NCBI GenBank assembly: GCA_945897755.1
Contig: CAMDGH010000002.1
Coordinates: 1,767 to 65,766 of the forward strand
DNA: 64,000 nucleotides
Source of the DNA: Chryseobacterium gleum
Lineage (GTDB): Bacteria > Bacteroidota > Bacteroidia > Flavobacteriales_D > Crocinitomicaceae
Reading direction: 5' to 3'
The notes beneath the pieces were generated by a model that was given only the letters and a program-made list of their open reading frames with translations, was not told the origin of the DNA and ran no database searches. The position numbers were made by a program, and so were the translations under genes. This document shows positions 8,045 through 18,842 of the stretch, one piece after another (position 1 is the first letter of the stretch; each line of letters begins with the position of its first letter).

Positions 8045-10147
8045 CTATTTTAGTTGAATTTTTCGTGTTTCAATTCCATCCCTTGTCTTTAGTTTAAGTA
8101 GGTAGTTTCCTTTGCCAATTTCTTCTAGTGGAATTAAAAGCTTATTTACCCCGGCTTTTGCATTCACCGAAATAAATTGAACTTCTCTTCCAATTAGATC
8201 CGTAATAGAAACGGTAATTAATTGTTCTTTTTGATTTTCAAATGCAATATGAAGCTCATTTTCAGCTGGATTTGGGAAAACCGCTAATTGAGCAATTGAT
8301 TTCGCGGGTAATAGGTCTAATTGAATTTCTGTTTTTGGTCCACTTGGGTAAAGATTGATATCGTCGAGGTATATATTGTTTCCTCCATTTCCAACAAATT
8401 CAAATTTAACTCTTGTGTTATTTGTCCAAAAAGTGCTAGTAATTGATGTTAAATGAATTGTTTTCCAGTCACTTGCGATGGGACTCCAGCTTTTAGAACT
8501 CGTGTCAGTGGATAGGGCTAAAGAATTCCCTACGAGTGTTTTTTTTGCCGTCCATGTCATTCCACAATCAGAGGAAAGTGAAATGATTAAGTATTCCGAG
8601 TTTTCAGGAACTTTTTTCTTGTAAGCGAAACGAAATGTTAATGTTACATTAGAAGACGAAACCACTTTTGATAAGTCGAATCCTTTAGAAATTAAGGCAT
8701 CTTTACTTTTTACGGTTTGTTTAAAATTAGCTAATTTCAAACATTGATCTCCACTATTTCCAAGTCCGGTTACAATCTCAAACTTTTCGTTATTTTCAGG
8801 GTTTAAAATTTCCCAATTTGGATTTTCGGCAATTGTTTGAACACTTTCAAATCCTTCTAAATATGGAATTTTGTTCGCCTCATCTAGCACTTTAATGTAG
8901 TTAGTTTTGCTTATTGATTTTGATAAGTTACCGTCAGAGACTATCAAACTAACAGAATATGTCCCAGGAGTAGTATACTTAATGGTTGGATTTTGTAATG
9001 TTGAGGATGATGGTGTTCCACCGGGGAATGTCCAATTCCAAGTTTTAGGTGTATTGTATGATTCGTCTGTAAAAACCATGTTCATATTAGGGCAAACAAA
9101 TGTTGTTTTTGTTGAAAAGTTCGCAGAACATATCGTTGATATATTGGCTCCGGTATTGCTTAAATTGGAAGAGCTCCAATATGAACTTCGTAAGCCAATC
9201 GTAGAATTTAAGGCAGCCCTCATTCGCATTGATTGACCTGCAGTAAACATTTTACTACAATAGGCATATTCCATGTAATTTTCAACATTTTCAATTTCAC
9301 CTGAGGTACAAATGGATCCTGAAAGATTACAGCTTGTCCATCCTTTTGTAATGGGTGTATCACTTACATTATCATCGCCGCAAGCAACTCCAGGCTCATT
9401 TGTACTTCCCCAAGTATGACTTAAGTTCAGCCAATGCCCAACTTCATGTGTTAATGCCCTAGATGTAAATGAATTGCCACTTTCAATTTCCCCAATATAT
9501 TTATATTTAATAAAAATACCATTTTCCATATTATTAAAATTAGTATAAGGAGTGTATGTATATCCAGCTGTACCATCGGGTAAAGCTGGGCATATGAATA
9601 TATGTAGGTATTTTCGAGTTGTATTCCACTCACCTTTATAGATATCATTACCTGCTTTAATCAAAGAAAGCAGCTCTGCCCCATCGGTAGAAGTCGATGT
9701 GGTTAAGGTTCTCGTTATTCCGGAAAAACAAATGCCATTGGGAGCTTTTGTTGCTAAAACGAATTCAATTTCAGGATCCGAAATAATCGATTTAAATTTT
9801 AATTGGACCGAATTAGTGTCAGAATTTTTTTTTCTAAAGTCACGATTTAGAACTTCTAGTCCATTTAAAATTTGTGCCTTAGATATATTCTCGATACCAT
9901 CCCTATGTATAACATGAAATACGACTGGTATTTTGTATACAGTACCTCTTGTTTTTTTTGAAGAAATGATGCGCTCTTCAATCAGATTTAATTCTAACTG
10001 ATCTTTATCATATTGGTCTTTAAAATCCTTGTTTTCAAGTTGTTTCTTTAGTATTAAATGTTGACCACAATATTCTAATTTCGTTTGTGCAAATACAAAT
10101 AAAAGCGAGTTAACAAAAAATGTTACGATTAATATTTTTTTAGCCAT
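8045..10147 (-). CDS. secreted M43 (pappalysin-like) zinc metalloprotease with PKD domain and T9SS type A C-terminal sorting domain
   Basis: 700 aa. Signal peptide, HEVGHWLNLSHTW zinc motif, PKD-like FTDES...GTYSVSLIVSD segment, and a C-terminal FPNPAENELHI...LLKLKT...KIQLK Por secretion tail. Confidence 0.85.
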   Translation of the reverse strand: MAKKILIVTFFVNSLLFVFAQTKLEYCGQHLILKKQLENKDFKDQYDKDQLELNLIEERIISSKKTRGTVYKIPVVFHVIHRDGIENISKAQILNGLEVLNRDFRKKNSDTNSVQLKFKSIISDPEIEFVLATKAPNGICFSGITRTLTTSTSTDGAELLSLIKAGNDIYKGEWNTTRKYLHIFICPALPDGTAGYTYTPYTNFNNMENGIFIKYKYIGEIESGNSFTSRALTHEVGHWLNLSHTWGSTNEPGVACGDDNVSDTPITKGWTSCNLSGSICTSGEIENVENYMEYAYCSKMFTAGQSMRMRAALNSTIGLRSSYWSSSNLSNTGANISTICSANFSTKTTFVCPNMNMVFTDESYNTPKTWNWTFPGGTPSSSTLQNPTIKYTTPGTYSVSLIVSDGNLSKSISKTNYIKVLDEANKIPYLEGFESVQTIAENPNWEILNPENNEKFEIVTGLGNSGDQCLKLANFKQTVKSKDALISKGFDLSKVVSSSNVTLTFRFAYKKKVPENSEYLIISLSSDCGMTWTAKKTLVGNSLALSTDTSSKSWSPIASDWKTIHLTSITSTFWTNNTRVKFEFVGNGGNNIYLDDINLYPSGPKTEIQLDLLPAKSIAQLAVFPNPAENELHIAFENQKEQLITVSITDLIGREVQFISVNAKAGVNKLLIPLEEIGKGNYLLKLKTRDGIETRKIQLK

Positions 10148-10224
10148 GTTTATTTTTATTATAATAATGTTAAAAATAAACCTTTTTGCTGTAATTCCCT
10201 ATACTTTCAACTATTTTGTAGTTA

Positions 10225-10347
10225 TAAGACCGTTGCAAAAGTTATAAATGGAGGCGGATTAAAAATTTAATACTGGAGTTTACTGTTGTAAATGAGGATG
10301 TTAAATTTTTGATTCAACGATGAGCTAAGGGTTTTGCAACGGTCTTA
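10225..10347. repeat. 123-bp hairpin repeat element, copy 2
   Basis: Same 16-bp terminal inverted repeats as copy 1, with 4 substitutions. Sits in the divergent promoter region between the M43 protease gene and leuS. Confidence 0.85.
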
Positions 10348-10403
10348 GTTATGTTTGGTATTAGTAATAATCGGATTAGATAGTTACTACTGATCTTGTT
10401 TTT

Positions 10404-10411
10404 TATCTTTG
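10404..10411 (+). promoter_or_regulatory. candidate -7 promoter box (TAnnTTTG) for leuS
   Basis: TATCTTTG lies 17 nt upstream of the leuS ATG (10428). Confidence 0.4.
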
Positions 10412-10427
10412 TACTTTAATTTTTATT

Positions 10428-13244
10428 ATGGAGTATCAATTTAAGGAAATAGAAACAAAATGGCGTCAATTTTGGGCAACTAATCAAACGTTTAAAACAC
10501 CTGAATCTTCAACTAAACCAAAATATTATGTTTTAGATATGTTTCCTTACCCTTCGGGAGCGGGCCTTCATGTTGGTCACCCATTAGGTTATATCGCTTC
10601 TGATATTTTTTCAAGGTATAAACGCCTTCAAGGTTTTAATGTGCTTCATCCAATGGGATATGATTCTTTTGGACTACCTGCCGAACAATATGCTATTCAA
10701 ACAGGACAACATCCGTCAATTACAACACAAGATAATATCGCAAGATACCGAACTCAATTAGATAACTTAGGTTTCTCATTTGATTGGACACGTGAGGTAA
10801 GAACTTCTAGTCCTGATTATTACAAATGGACACAATGGATATTTACAGAATTATTTGATTGTTGGTATAATAATGCTACACAAAAAGCGGAACGAATTTC
10901 TTCGTTGGTTCAATTGTTTGAAAATGAAGGTAATTTTTTGGTAAATGCAAGTTCAGATTACGAAGATAAATTTGATGCTGCAGAATGGAATACCTATTCA
11001 GAGCTAGAAAAAGAGGCTGTTTTACAAGCATATAGATTAGCCTACTTGGCCGATTCTTGGGTTAATTGGTGCCCAGCGCTTGGGACGGTGTTGGCAAATG
11101 ATGAGGTTATTAATGGATTATCTGAAAGAGGAAATCATCCTGTTGAACAAAAAAAAATGCGTCAATGGTCATTGAGAATAAGTGCATATGCTGAACGATT
11201 CTTAACTGGTTTAGATGAATTAGATTGGACTGAGTCAATCAAGGAAATTCAACGTAATTGGATTGGTAAATCACAAGGGGCAACCCTTACTTTTGATCTT
11301 GTCGGAACTGATTCTAAAATAGAAGTTTTTACCACGCGACCAGATACTATTTTTGGAGTAACTTTCATGGTATTGGCCCCGGAGCATCCTCTTGTAAATG
11401 AATTAACTACTCCTGAAAATAAAGCTGCTGTTGCTACATATATAAAAGAAGCATCTTTAAAAACAGAACGTGATAGACAAGCAAATGTCAAACACATTTC
11501 AGGTGTTCAGATTGGTGGACATGCAATTCATCCATTTACGGGAGAAAAAGTGCAATTGTGGATAGGTGACTATGTGTTAGCTTCTTACGGCACGGGTGCT
11601 GTAATGGCTGTTCCGTGTGGTGATCAGCGCGATTGGGATTTTGCTACTCATTTTGGAATTGAAATTCGATCTATTTTTCAAGATGTTGATGTTTCAAATG
11701 GTGCGTTCACCGATAAAGAAGGAATCATAACAAATTCCGGTTTTCTTTCTGGGTTACCGATAAAAAAAGCAATAAAAAAAGCAATTCAAGAAATAGAAAA
11801 ACTTGGAATTGGAAAAGGAAAAATAAATTATCGTTTACGCGATGCAGTTTTCTCTCGCCAGCGTTATTGGGGTGAACCTTTTCCAGTTTACTACAAAAAC
11901 GGGTTGCCCATTATGATTGCGAAAGAACATTTACCAATTGTGCTTCCTGAAGTTGAAAAATACCTGCCTACTGAAGATGGACAACCTCCATTAGGAAATG
12001 CTTTGCAATGGGCATGGGATATAAATAAATGTTTAGTTGTAAATAATGAATTAATTGACAATAGATCTGTCTTCCCCCTAGAATTAAACACAATGCCTGG
12101 TTGGGCTGGAAGTTCATGGTATTTTTTACGGTATATGGACGCTTTAAATTCAGAACACTTTGCATCAAAATTAGCAACTGATTATTGGAATTCAGTTGAC
12201 CTTTATATTGGTGGTTCTGAACATGCTACCGGTCATTTATTATATGCTCGATTTTGGACTAAGTTTTTATATGATTTAACTTATTTATCCTTTGATGAAC
12301 CTTTTAAAAAAATGATAAATCAGGGGATGATTTTGGGGAGAAGTAGTTTTGTGTACAGAACGTTAGATGGTGAAAAATTGGTTTCAGTATCTAAACGTAA
12401 CGATTTTGAGACTATTCCAATTCATGTTGATATTAATTTGGTTGATAATGACAGACTAGATATTGCAGGATTCAAGCAATGGCGATCTGAATATAAAGAT
12501 GCTGAATTCATTTTTGAAGACGATGGATTATTTAAATGTGGGTCAGAAGTTGAAAAAATGTCAAAATCAAAATTTAACGTTCAAACTCCTGACGATTTAG
12601 TAGATAAATTTGGAGCCGATACCCTGCGCATGTATGAGATGTTTCTTGGGCCTTTAGAACAAAGTAAACCATGGGATACGAAAGGTATTAATGGGGTACA
12701 TAATTTTTTAAGGAAGTTTTGGCGTTTGTTTCACCAAGGAAATGATGCTGATTTTTTTGTTGCGGATAATGAACCAACAAAGGAAGCTTTAAAAACAGTG
12801 CACAAAACCATTCAAAAAGTGCGATCTGATATTGAACGTTTTTCATTTAATACAGGTGTATCTAGTTTTATGATTGCTACGAATGAATTGACTGATCAAA
12901 AGTGTTCATCTCGTTCTATTCTTTCTGATTTAGTTATTTTGTTGTCTCCCTATGCTCCTCATCTTTGTGAAGAATTATGGGTTAAATTAGGCAATGAACC
13001 CGGATCGTTAAGTACTGCAACCCTTCCAGATGTGAATGAATCGCATCTCGTTTCTGACACGTTTGAATATCCTGTTTCGTTTAACGGGAAAGTTCGATTT
13101 AAAGTAGAACTACCTGCTTCGATGGATAGTAAATCGATTGAAGACCACGTTTTAAAATTGAAAGAAATGGAACGCTATTTAGAAGGTAAATCTCCTAAGA
13201 AATTGATTATTGTTCCAGGAAGAATCGTAAATGTAGTGATGTGA
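10428..13244 (+). CDS. leuS: leucine--tRNA ligase
   Basis: 938 aa with class I HIGH motif (PSGAGLHVGHPLGY), KMSKS motif (EKMSKSKFN) and the CP1 editing region. Confidence 0.97.
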   Translation: MEYQFKEIETKWRQFWATNQTFKTPESSTKPKYYVLDMFPYPSGAGLHVGHPLGYIASDIFSRYKRLQGFNVLHPMGYDSFGLPAEQYAIQTGQHPSITTQDNIARYRTQLDNLGFSFDWTREVRTSSPDYYKWTQWIFTELFDCWYNNATQKAERISSLVQLFENEGNFLVNASSDYEDKFDAAEWNTYSELEKEAVLQAYRLAYLADSWVNWCPALGTVLANDEVINGLSERGNHPVEQKKMRQWSLRISAYAERFLTGLDELDWTESIKEIQRNWIGKSQGATLTFDLVGTDSKIEVFTTRPDTIFGVTFMVLAPEHPLVNELTTPENKAAVATYIKEASLKTERDRQANVKHISGVQIGGHAIHPFTGEKVQLWIGDYVLASYGTGAVMAVPCGDQRDWDFATHFGIEIRSIFQDVDVSNGAFTDKEGIITNSGFLSGLPIKKAIKKAIQEIEKLGIGKGKINYRLRDAVFSRQRYWGEPFPVYYKNGLPIMIAKEHLPIVLPEVEKYLPTEDGQPPLGNALQWAWDINKCLVVNNELIDNRSVFPLELNTMPGWAGSSWYFLRYMDALNSEHFASKLATDYWNSVDLYIGGSEHATGHLLYARFWTKFLYDLTYLSFDEPFKKMINQGMILGRSSFVYRTLDGEKLVSVSKRNDFETIPIHVDINLVDNDRLDIAGFKQWRSEYKDAEFIFEDDGLFKCGSEVEKMSKSKFNVQTPDDLVDKFGADTLRMYEMFLGPLEQSKPWDTKGINGVHNFLRKFWRLFHQGNDADFFVADNEPTKEALKTVHKTIQKVRSDIERFSFNTGVSSFMIATNELTDQKCSSRSILSDLVILLSPYAPHLCEELWVKLGNEPGSLSTATLPDVNESHLVSDTFEYPVSFNGKVRFKVELPASMDSKSIEDHVLKLKEMERYLEGKSPKKLIIVPGRIVNVVM

Positions 13245-13249
13245 TTAGT

Positions 13250-13819
13250 TTAGTGAGAACTAAGCCCTTTTGAAACAACTTTTCGATAGATTACAGTAAT
13301 GGCAATGCTATAAATAAGAGATAACATCATTAGAGCTAATAAACTAAGTATCGCGGTTGATGATGCTTTGTAAAATCCTCTTGGACCTTTTAATAATTCT
13401 GATTTAATTTTCAGGGTGCTCATCATCTCAAAAGAAGGGTTTTCTAATTTCATTTTTGAAATGATGTTTTTATCCATTAAGCTTTTATCGATTAGTTTTT
13501 CCGCTAATTCAATTTGATGCTTATTGAATCCAGGATCTATTTTTTGATAATATACATAGATAAAAAGAGAAACAACGATTGCATAAGGCAAGCCAGATGT
13601 CATTGCCGCCTTGATATCTGTTAGGGTATTTCCATTTGTAAAACCTTCTTGTTTTTTATGTAAAAATAATCCAACAGAAATCGAGGATAATAAAAAAAAC
13701 ATATTTGCAAATAACAATGGAGTGATACTTGTAGCGTCAGGATAGACAATGAAAAATAAATATTTACAAATAATCCATAGGCCTGAAAAAACTAAGCCCG
13801 TTTTTAGTGTTATTTTCAT
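13250..13819 (-). CDS. DUF4199-like membrane protein
   Basis: 189 aa with 4 TM helices. Architecture is common to Bacteroidota DUF4199 proteins. Confidence 0.5.
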   Translation of the reverse strand: MKITLKTGLVFSGLWIICKYLFFIVYPDATSITPLLFANMFFLLSSISVGLFLHKKQEGFTNGNTLTDIKAAMTSGLPYAIVVSLFIYVYYQKIDPGFNKHQIELAEKLIDKSLMDKNIISKMKLENPSFEMMSTLKIKSELLKGPRGFYKASSTAILSLLALMMLSLIYSIAITVIYRKVVSKGLSSH

Positions 13820-13832
13820 TAATTCGACGAAA

Positions 13833-15533
13833 TTACCTGTTCATTGATGCTAGAAATTCTTCGTTTGATCGCGTATTGTCCATCTGAGATTTTAAAAACT
13901 CCATGGCTTCAACGGGATTCATATCAGCAATGTGCCTTCTTAGTAAGTAAACACGCTGTAAAACATCTTTCTTTACAAGTAAATCGTCTCTTCGTGTACT
14001 TGAAGCTGTAATGTCTATTGCCGGAAAAACCCTTCTATTTGCTATTTTTCGATCTAATTGAAGTTCCATATTACCTGTACCTTTGAATTCCTCAAAGATT
14101 ACCTCATCCATTTTTGATCCTGTCTCAGTAAGTGCGGTTGCAATGATGGATAAAGACCCCCCATTTTCTATTTTACGTGCTGCCCCAAAAAATCGTTTTG
14201 GTTTGTGTAAGGCATTTGCATCGACACCACCGGACAATACTTTTCCGGATGCAGGAGAAACAGTATTATAAGCCCTAGCTAATCGAGTAATTGAATCAAG
14301 TAAAATACAAACGTCATGACCACATTCTACCATTCTTTTTGCTTTTTCAAGCACAATATTTGCAACTTTAACGTGCCGTTCTGCAGGCTCATCAAAAGTA
14401 GATGCGATAACTTCTGCATTTACACTTCTTGCCATATCAGTAACTTCTTCAGGCCGTTCATCGATCAATAACACAATTAAATATACTTCAGGATGGTTTG
14501 CTGCAATCGCATTAGCAACATCTTTAAGAAGCATTGTTTTACCCGTTTTAGGTTGTGCAACAATCATCCCACGCTGACCTTTTCCAATTGGAGCAAATAA
14601 ATCCATGATGCGCGTCGACATTGTTTCATCTTTATGCCCTGTTAAATTGAATTTTTCACTGGGGAATAATGGAGTTAAATATTGAAATGGTACTCTATCT
14701 CTAATATATGATGGGTGTCTACCATTAATTGAATCGACCTTTACAAGTGGAAAAAATTTCTCGCCTTCTTTTGGAGGTCGAATGGTTCCATTGACAGTAT
14801 CGCCTGTTTTTAAACCGAAAAATTTTATTTGACTTTGTGATACGTAAATATCATCAGGAGAAGGAAGGTAGTTGTAGTCGGATGATCTTAAAAAACCAAA
14901 TCCTTCTTGAATAATTTCTAACACACCTTCAGCACTAACTATTCCAGCTAAGTCATACCTAATTTCGTCTTTTTCTATTTCTTGAGATTGTTGCGAGTTT
15001 GAATTCGGTTTTGATTGATTTTGGTTAACTTGGTTAGGGTTTTTTGCTGTTTGATGTTCTATCGTTGGTTTTGATTCATTATTACTTGGCGCAGTTGTTA
15101 TTTCACTGTTAACCGCTTCTGTTTTTTTAATTTCGTGTCGAGGGTGCTGAGGTCTAGGACGTTGAATAAAAGGTTTTTTTACTTCAATTTCAGGAACACT
15201 ATTCGTTTGATTTTCTTCCTTTTCTAATTCTTCTGAGGGGAGCTTATCGCTTTCTGTGTTGGTAGTTGTTTCTATTATTTTACCTTCTTCAGGAACATTT
15301 AGTTCAATTTGTACGGCTTCTTTTTTTGGATGAACCAGTCTTTTTCTAATTTTTGGAGCTGTCTGGATTGCTTCTATAACGGGTTCTAAAACGATTTCTG
15401 GTTGGATAGAAATTTCTTCTAATTGTTTTAGGATTTCGCTTTTTTTCAATGTTTCTGCTTGACCGATACCAGCTGCAGTAGCTATTACGCGTAGGTCAGA
15501 AAGCTTTTTGCTTTCTAAATCTTTGTTATCCAT
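13833..15533 (-). CDS. rho: transcription termination factor Rho with large N-terminal insertion
   Basis: 566 aa. OB-fold RNA-binding motif [33 protein letters not shown], Walker A AQPKTGKT, and a conserved C-terminal ATPase core. Residues about 41-195 are a low-complexity insertion. Confidence 0.97.
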   Translation of the reverse strand: MDNKDLESKKLSDLRVIATAAGIGQAETLKKSEILKQLEEISIQPEIVLEPVIEAIQTAPKIRKRLVHPKKEAVQIELNVPEEGKIIETTTNTESDKLPSEELEKEENQTNSVPEIEVKKPFIQRPRPQHPRHEIKKTEAVNSEITTAPSNNESKPTIEHQTAKNPNQVNQNQSKPNSNSQQSQEIEKDEIRYDLAGIVSAEGVLEIIQEGFGFLRSSDYNYLPSPDDIYVSQSQIKFFGLKTGDTVNGTIRPPKEGEKFFPLVKVDSINGRHPSYIRDRVPFQYLTPLFPSEKFNLTGHKDETMSTRIMDLFAPIGKGQRGMIVAQPKTGKTMLLKDVANAIAANHPEVYLIVLLIDERPEEVTDMARSVNAEVIASTFDEPAERHVKVANIVLEKAKRMVECGHDVCILLDSITRLARAYNTVSPASGKVLSGGVDANALHKPKRFFGAARKIENGGSLSIIATALTETGSKMDEVIFEEFKGTGNMELQLDRKIANRRVFPAIDITASSTRRDDLLVKKDVLQRVYLLRRHIADMNPVEAMEFLKSQMDNTRSNEEFLASMNR

Positions 15534-15766
15534 ATAAATGAATTTATTGTTTTTATAATTTGGAAGATATATTCAGTGGATCTTTGTACTAATAGGTGTA
15601 TTAGAGGATACAATAATACTCATATTTTTGGAATTTGTCATTATTAAAACGATTTTAGTTAAAAAATGTCCACTTATTTAAGTTATATTGATGAAAAAGA
15701 ACAAGTAGATTGGACTATTTTGTAGTTATGGTTGGGTATTAAATATGATAGACTTATTTTTACATT

Positions 15767-16264
15767 ATGAGAAGAAATAATGATGAGACTTTAAAAAAAA
15801 ACGAGCACAAAGAAATAGTAAAGAAATTAACATCGCTTAAAAAAATCAATCACCGAACATTAGATGGTCTTTTTCATAGTCAGCACGAAAAAGTATTTAA
15901 AAAAACAAATTGTCTTGCATGTGCAAATTGTTGTAAAACAACTAGTCCAATCTTTCGTGATATAGACATAAAGCGAATTTCTAAGCGTTTAGGAATGAAA
16001 ATAAACGCATTCATTACTACTTATTTAAGATTAGATGAAGAAAATGATTATGTGCTAACAGTTGCTCCGTGTCCATTTTTAGAAATTGATAACACGTGCA
16101 CTATTTACGAAGACAGGCCATTGGCTTGTAAAGAATACCCACATACAAATCGAAAAAACATGTATCAAATGCTTGATTTAACAGCAAAAAATGTATTGAT
16201 CTGCCCTGCTGTTCATGAGATTGTTACTACTATGGAAGTCCAAACTAAAACGTACTCGTTTTAA
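15767..16264 (+). CDS. YkgJ-family cysteine-cluster (UPF0153) protein
   Basis: 165 aa with CLACANCCKT and CPFL...CTIYEDRPLACKEYP motifs. Confidence 0.7.
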   Translation: MRRNNDETLKKNEHKEIVKKLTSLKKINHRTLDGLFHSQHEKVFKKTNCLACANCCKTTSPIFRDIDIKRISKRLGMKINAFITTYLRLDEENDYVLTVAPCPFLEIDNTCTIYEDRPLACKEYPHTNRKNMYQMLDLTAKNVLICPAVHEIVTTMEVQTKTYSF

Positions 16265-16338
16265 CATTGTCCTTTGCCCTGGTACCATTGAATAAGGATA
16301 GCAATTTTGCATTTAGGACAAAGTCATTGACTAGGTCT

Positions 16339-17190
16339 TTATTTTATTCCGATTGTTAAGATGTGTATGGCTCTATTTCCAGTGCAAATGAAAATTAGAA
16401 ATACGATTCCCACCACATAAAAAACAGCGTTGTATGCAAAAATATATAGAATCGATAGGCGTTTTCTTTTTACTATGAGTATGGGAAGTAAAAATAGAAT
16501 TGGGAGAATTGGGTTTAAATTGAGTAGTGTATAATCCGTATTATAATGTGTTAAATTTGTTTTCGTGTAGTGGTAAACAGACCTTGCTGTGTGAAAAATC
16601 CTTGTTTTTTCAATGAATACCTCATGATTTTCAGTAATAAAATCACGTAAGTCCTCTGAAACATAATAAGTAGATTTGTTGGTTTGGATGCATATTACTT
16701 CTGTCAAGTCAAATCCTTTTATGGGTGCAGATACATGTGTTATTTTCTCAGTACTTAATACGCGCGGTAAAAATAAATCAGTAATCAGAAGTAGGGCACA
16801 GACTAATGTTGCATAAGCGAAAAAGATAAATACGCTCCATTTAATTCCTGAAGTTAGTTCTTTGTGTTTTTCATCAAGTTTTTCAGCTTCTCTTTGCTCA
16901 TAAGCCCTTAACTTTTCTTTTGCTAGTCGAATTCGCTCGAGCCTATCTTTTTCCTTTATACTTGTATCGTTTGATTTTGAGTAGCTGTTTTTCCAATATT
17001 TTATTTTATTTTTTGTTAAATAGCTGTATGCTTCTTGAATGTTTACAAAGGTGTTGTGTGCATCTGGTGCATGATTTTTATCTGGGTGAAATTTCTTCGC
17101 TAATAGATGGTAACAGTCTCTAATTTCTTTCGACGTCGCATTTTCGTCTAATCCTAGAATACGTAGGTATTTCTCTCTTTTATTCAACAT
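16339..17190 (-). CDS. J-domain (DnaJ-like) membrane protein
   Basis: 283 aa. N-terminal J domain (YLRILGLDENATSKEIRDCYHLLAKKFHPDKN), coiled-coil linker, then several TM helices. Confidence 0.75.
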   Translation of the reverse strand: MLNKREKYLRILGLDENATSKEIRDCYHLLAKKFHPDKNHAPDAHNTFVNIQEAYSYLTKNKIKYWKNSYSKSNDTSIKEKDRLERIRLAKEKLRAYEQREAEKLDEKHKELTSGIKWSVFIFFAYATLVCALLLITDLFLPRVLSTEKITHVSAPIKGFDLTEVICIQTNKSTYYVSEDLRDFITENHEVFIEKTRIFHTARSVYHYTKTNLTHYNTDYTLLNLNPILPILFLLPILIVKRKRLSILYIFAYNAVFYVVGIVFLIFICTGNRAIHILTIGIK

Positions 17191-18206
17191 TATAAATTAA
17201 CTTGAATTAATTGAAAAGAGGCAATTTTATTTATTTTCCCGGAGTTAGTTTGGATAAATTTTTTTTGGAAATAAATTTTTTTTGGAACTTCTTTTTTATC
17301 GAGTAGCGTTAAGCATGTTTTTATATAATCATCCTGTTTTTCGATTGAAAAAGAATCCTCTATTACTAAAACCACAATTTCTCCGAAGCTTTCGTTAGGT
17401 TCTTTAAAAACAAAAAAACGTCCTTTAATTTTTGATTCAAGTTTTTGTTCAAGTTGCTCAGGATGTATTTTAATTCCACCGCTATTTATCACAAAGTCAG
17501 CTCGTCCAATCCATTTAAATGATTTTTCATCAATCAATTGAACGAGATCATTTGTTTTTAAATCATGTATTCCAAGAAGGGGAGCCTTAATAATTAGTTT
17601 TTCTTCTCGTATTCCAAAAGTTGAATGGGGCATACCATGAAATACAGCAGTATCTGTTTTTAAATTCCGTATTGCTACGTGCGATATGGTTTCAGTCATG
17701 CCATAACCTTCATATACTTCTGTATTGATAGACGATATGCTTTTTTTTATTTTGCTAGAAACATGCGCACCACCTAATAAAATAGTTTTGATTAGATTCA
17801 ATTTAGGACTGTTTTTAGCTAGAATTGATTCAAGTTGAAGGGGAGCAAATGTTGCAAAATCGATATTTACTTCTAGGTTTTTGATTGGATTACTACATAC
17901 ATCACTTACATATACGGATAGTCCATAGATTAAGGCTCTAAAGACCTGCATTTTTCCACCTATTGTTTCAGTAGACAAAGAATGTAATAGGGTAGTAGTT
18001 TGATTAAAATGAAAGAAATCACTTGTTGCTTTCGCTGAGTTGACAATGTGTTTTTTGTCTATTTTTATTCGTTTGGGTTTTCCAGTAGAGCCCGAAGTAG
18101 AACAAATGACGTATTGACTTTTATTTTTCCATTCCTCAATGACATTCAGGATTGAATCAATCCGTTGCTTATCTTCAGTTAGAAAAATAACCTGAAATAC
18201 ATGCAT
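17190..18206 (-). CDS. AMP-binding (acyl/aryl-CoA ligase) family protein, short MenE-like form
   Basis: 338 aa with the TSGSTGKPK adenylation motif, YGMTE motif and GRADFVINSGGIKI motif. Confidence 0.7.
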   Translation of the reverse strand: MHVFQVIFLTEDKQRIDSILNVIEEWKNKSQYVICSTSGSTGKPKRIKIDKKHIVNSAKATSDFFHFNQTTTLLHSLSTETIGGKMQVFRALIYGLSVYVSDVCSNPIKNLEVNIDFATFAPLQLESILAKNSPKLNLIKTILLGGAHVSSKIKKSISSINTEVYEGYGMTETISHVAIRNLKTDTAVFHGMPHSTFGIREEKLIIKAPLLGIHDLKTNDLVQLIDEKSFKWIGRADFVINSGGIKIHPEQLEQKLESKIKGRFFVFKEPNESFGEIVVLVIEDSFSIEKQDDYIKTCLTLLDKKEVPKKIYFQKKFIQTNSGKINKIASFQLIQVNL

Positions 18207-18212
18207 GGTGAC

Positions 18213-18833
18213 TTAAGATAGATTTCCTAATCCTTGTCTTACGATAATAGGCTCACCTGAAGTACAATCTACCACTGTAGTTCCCTCTAGTTTTCCAAAT
18301 CCACCATCAATAATTAAACCTACCGTATCTTCGTAGCGTTCGTATATTTCATATGGATCATTCATATATTCATTAGTTGATCCCTCATCTTCTTTCAAAG
18401 ATGTTGTTGCAATGGGATTACCTAATAGTTCTACAATTTTTAATATGATTGCATTATCAGGAATTCTAATTCCAATTTCTTTTTTACTTAAATCAAAGAG
18501 TTTAGGAACTTCATTTGTTGCGTTTAAGATAAAGGTAAAAGGACCAGGTAGGTGCTGATTTAATAGTTTAAAGATAGGTCTTTCAATTTGCTTTACATAC
18601 TTAGATAAGTCACTCATGTCTGTGCAAATAATAGAGAAATTTGCTTTACTTAATTTGAGCCCTTTTAATCGCGCTAAATCCTCTAAGGATTTTTTGTTGT
18701 ATAAGTCGCAACCCATAGCGTACACACTGTCTGTTGGAAAAATTATAATAGCTCCTTTTTTTAAAAGTGCAACAGCTCTTTCAATATACCTATTATCTAT
18801 GTTTTGGGGGTTAATTTCTAATAACATAATCAA
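18213..18833 (-). CDS. tsaC: L-threonylcarbamoyladenylate synthase (YrdC/Sua5/TsaC family)
   Basis: 206 aa with IIIFPTDSVYAMGCD, PGPFTFIL and IGIRIPDN motifs of the YrdC domain. Confidence 0.85.
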   Translation of the reverse strand: MIMLLEINPQNIDNRYIERAVALLKKGAIIIFPTDSVYAMGCDLYNKKSLEDLARLKGLKLSKANFSIICTDMSDLSKYVKQIERPIFKLLNQHLPGPFTFILNATNEVPKLFDLSKKEIGIRIPDNAIILKIVELLGNPIATTSLKEDEGSTNEYMNDPYEIYERYEDTVGLIIDGGFGKLEGTTVVDCTSGEPIIVRQGLGNLS

Positions 18834-18842
18834 ATATAAAAT

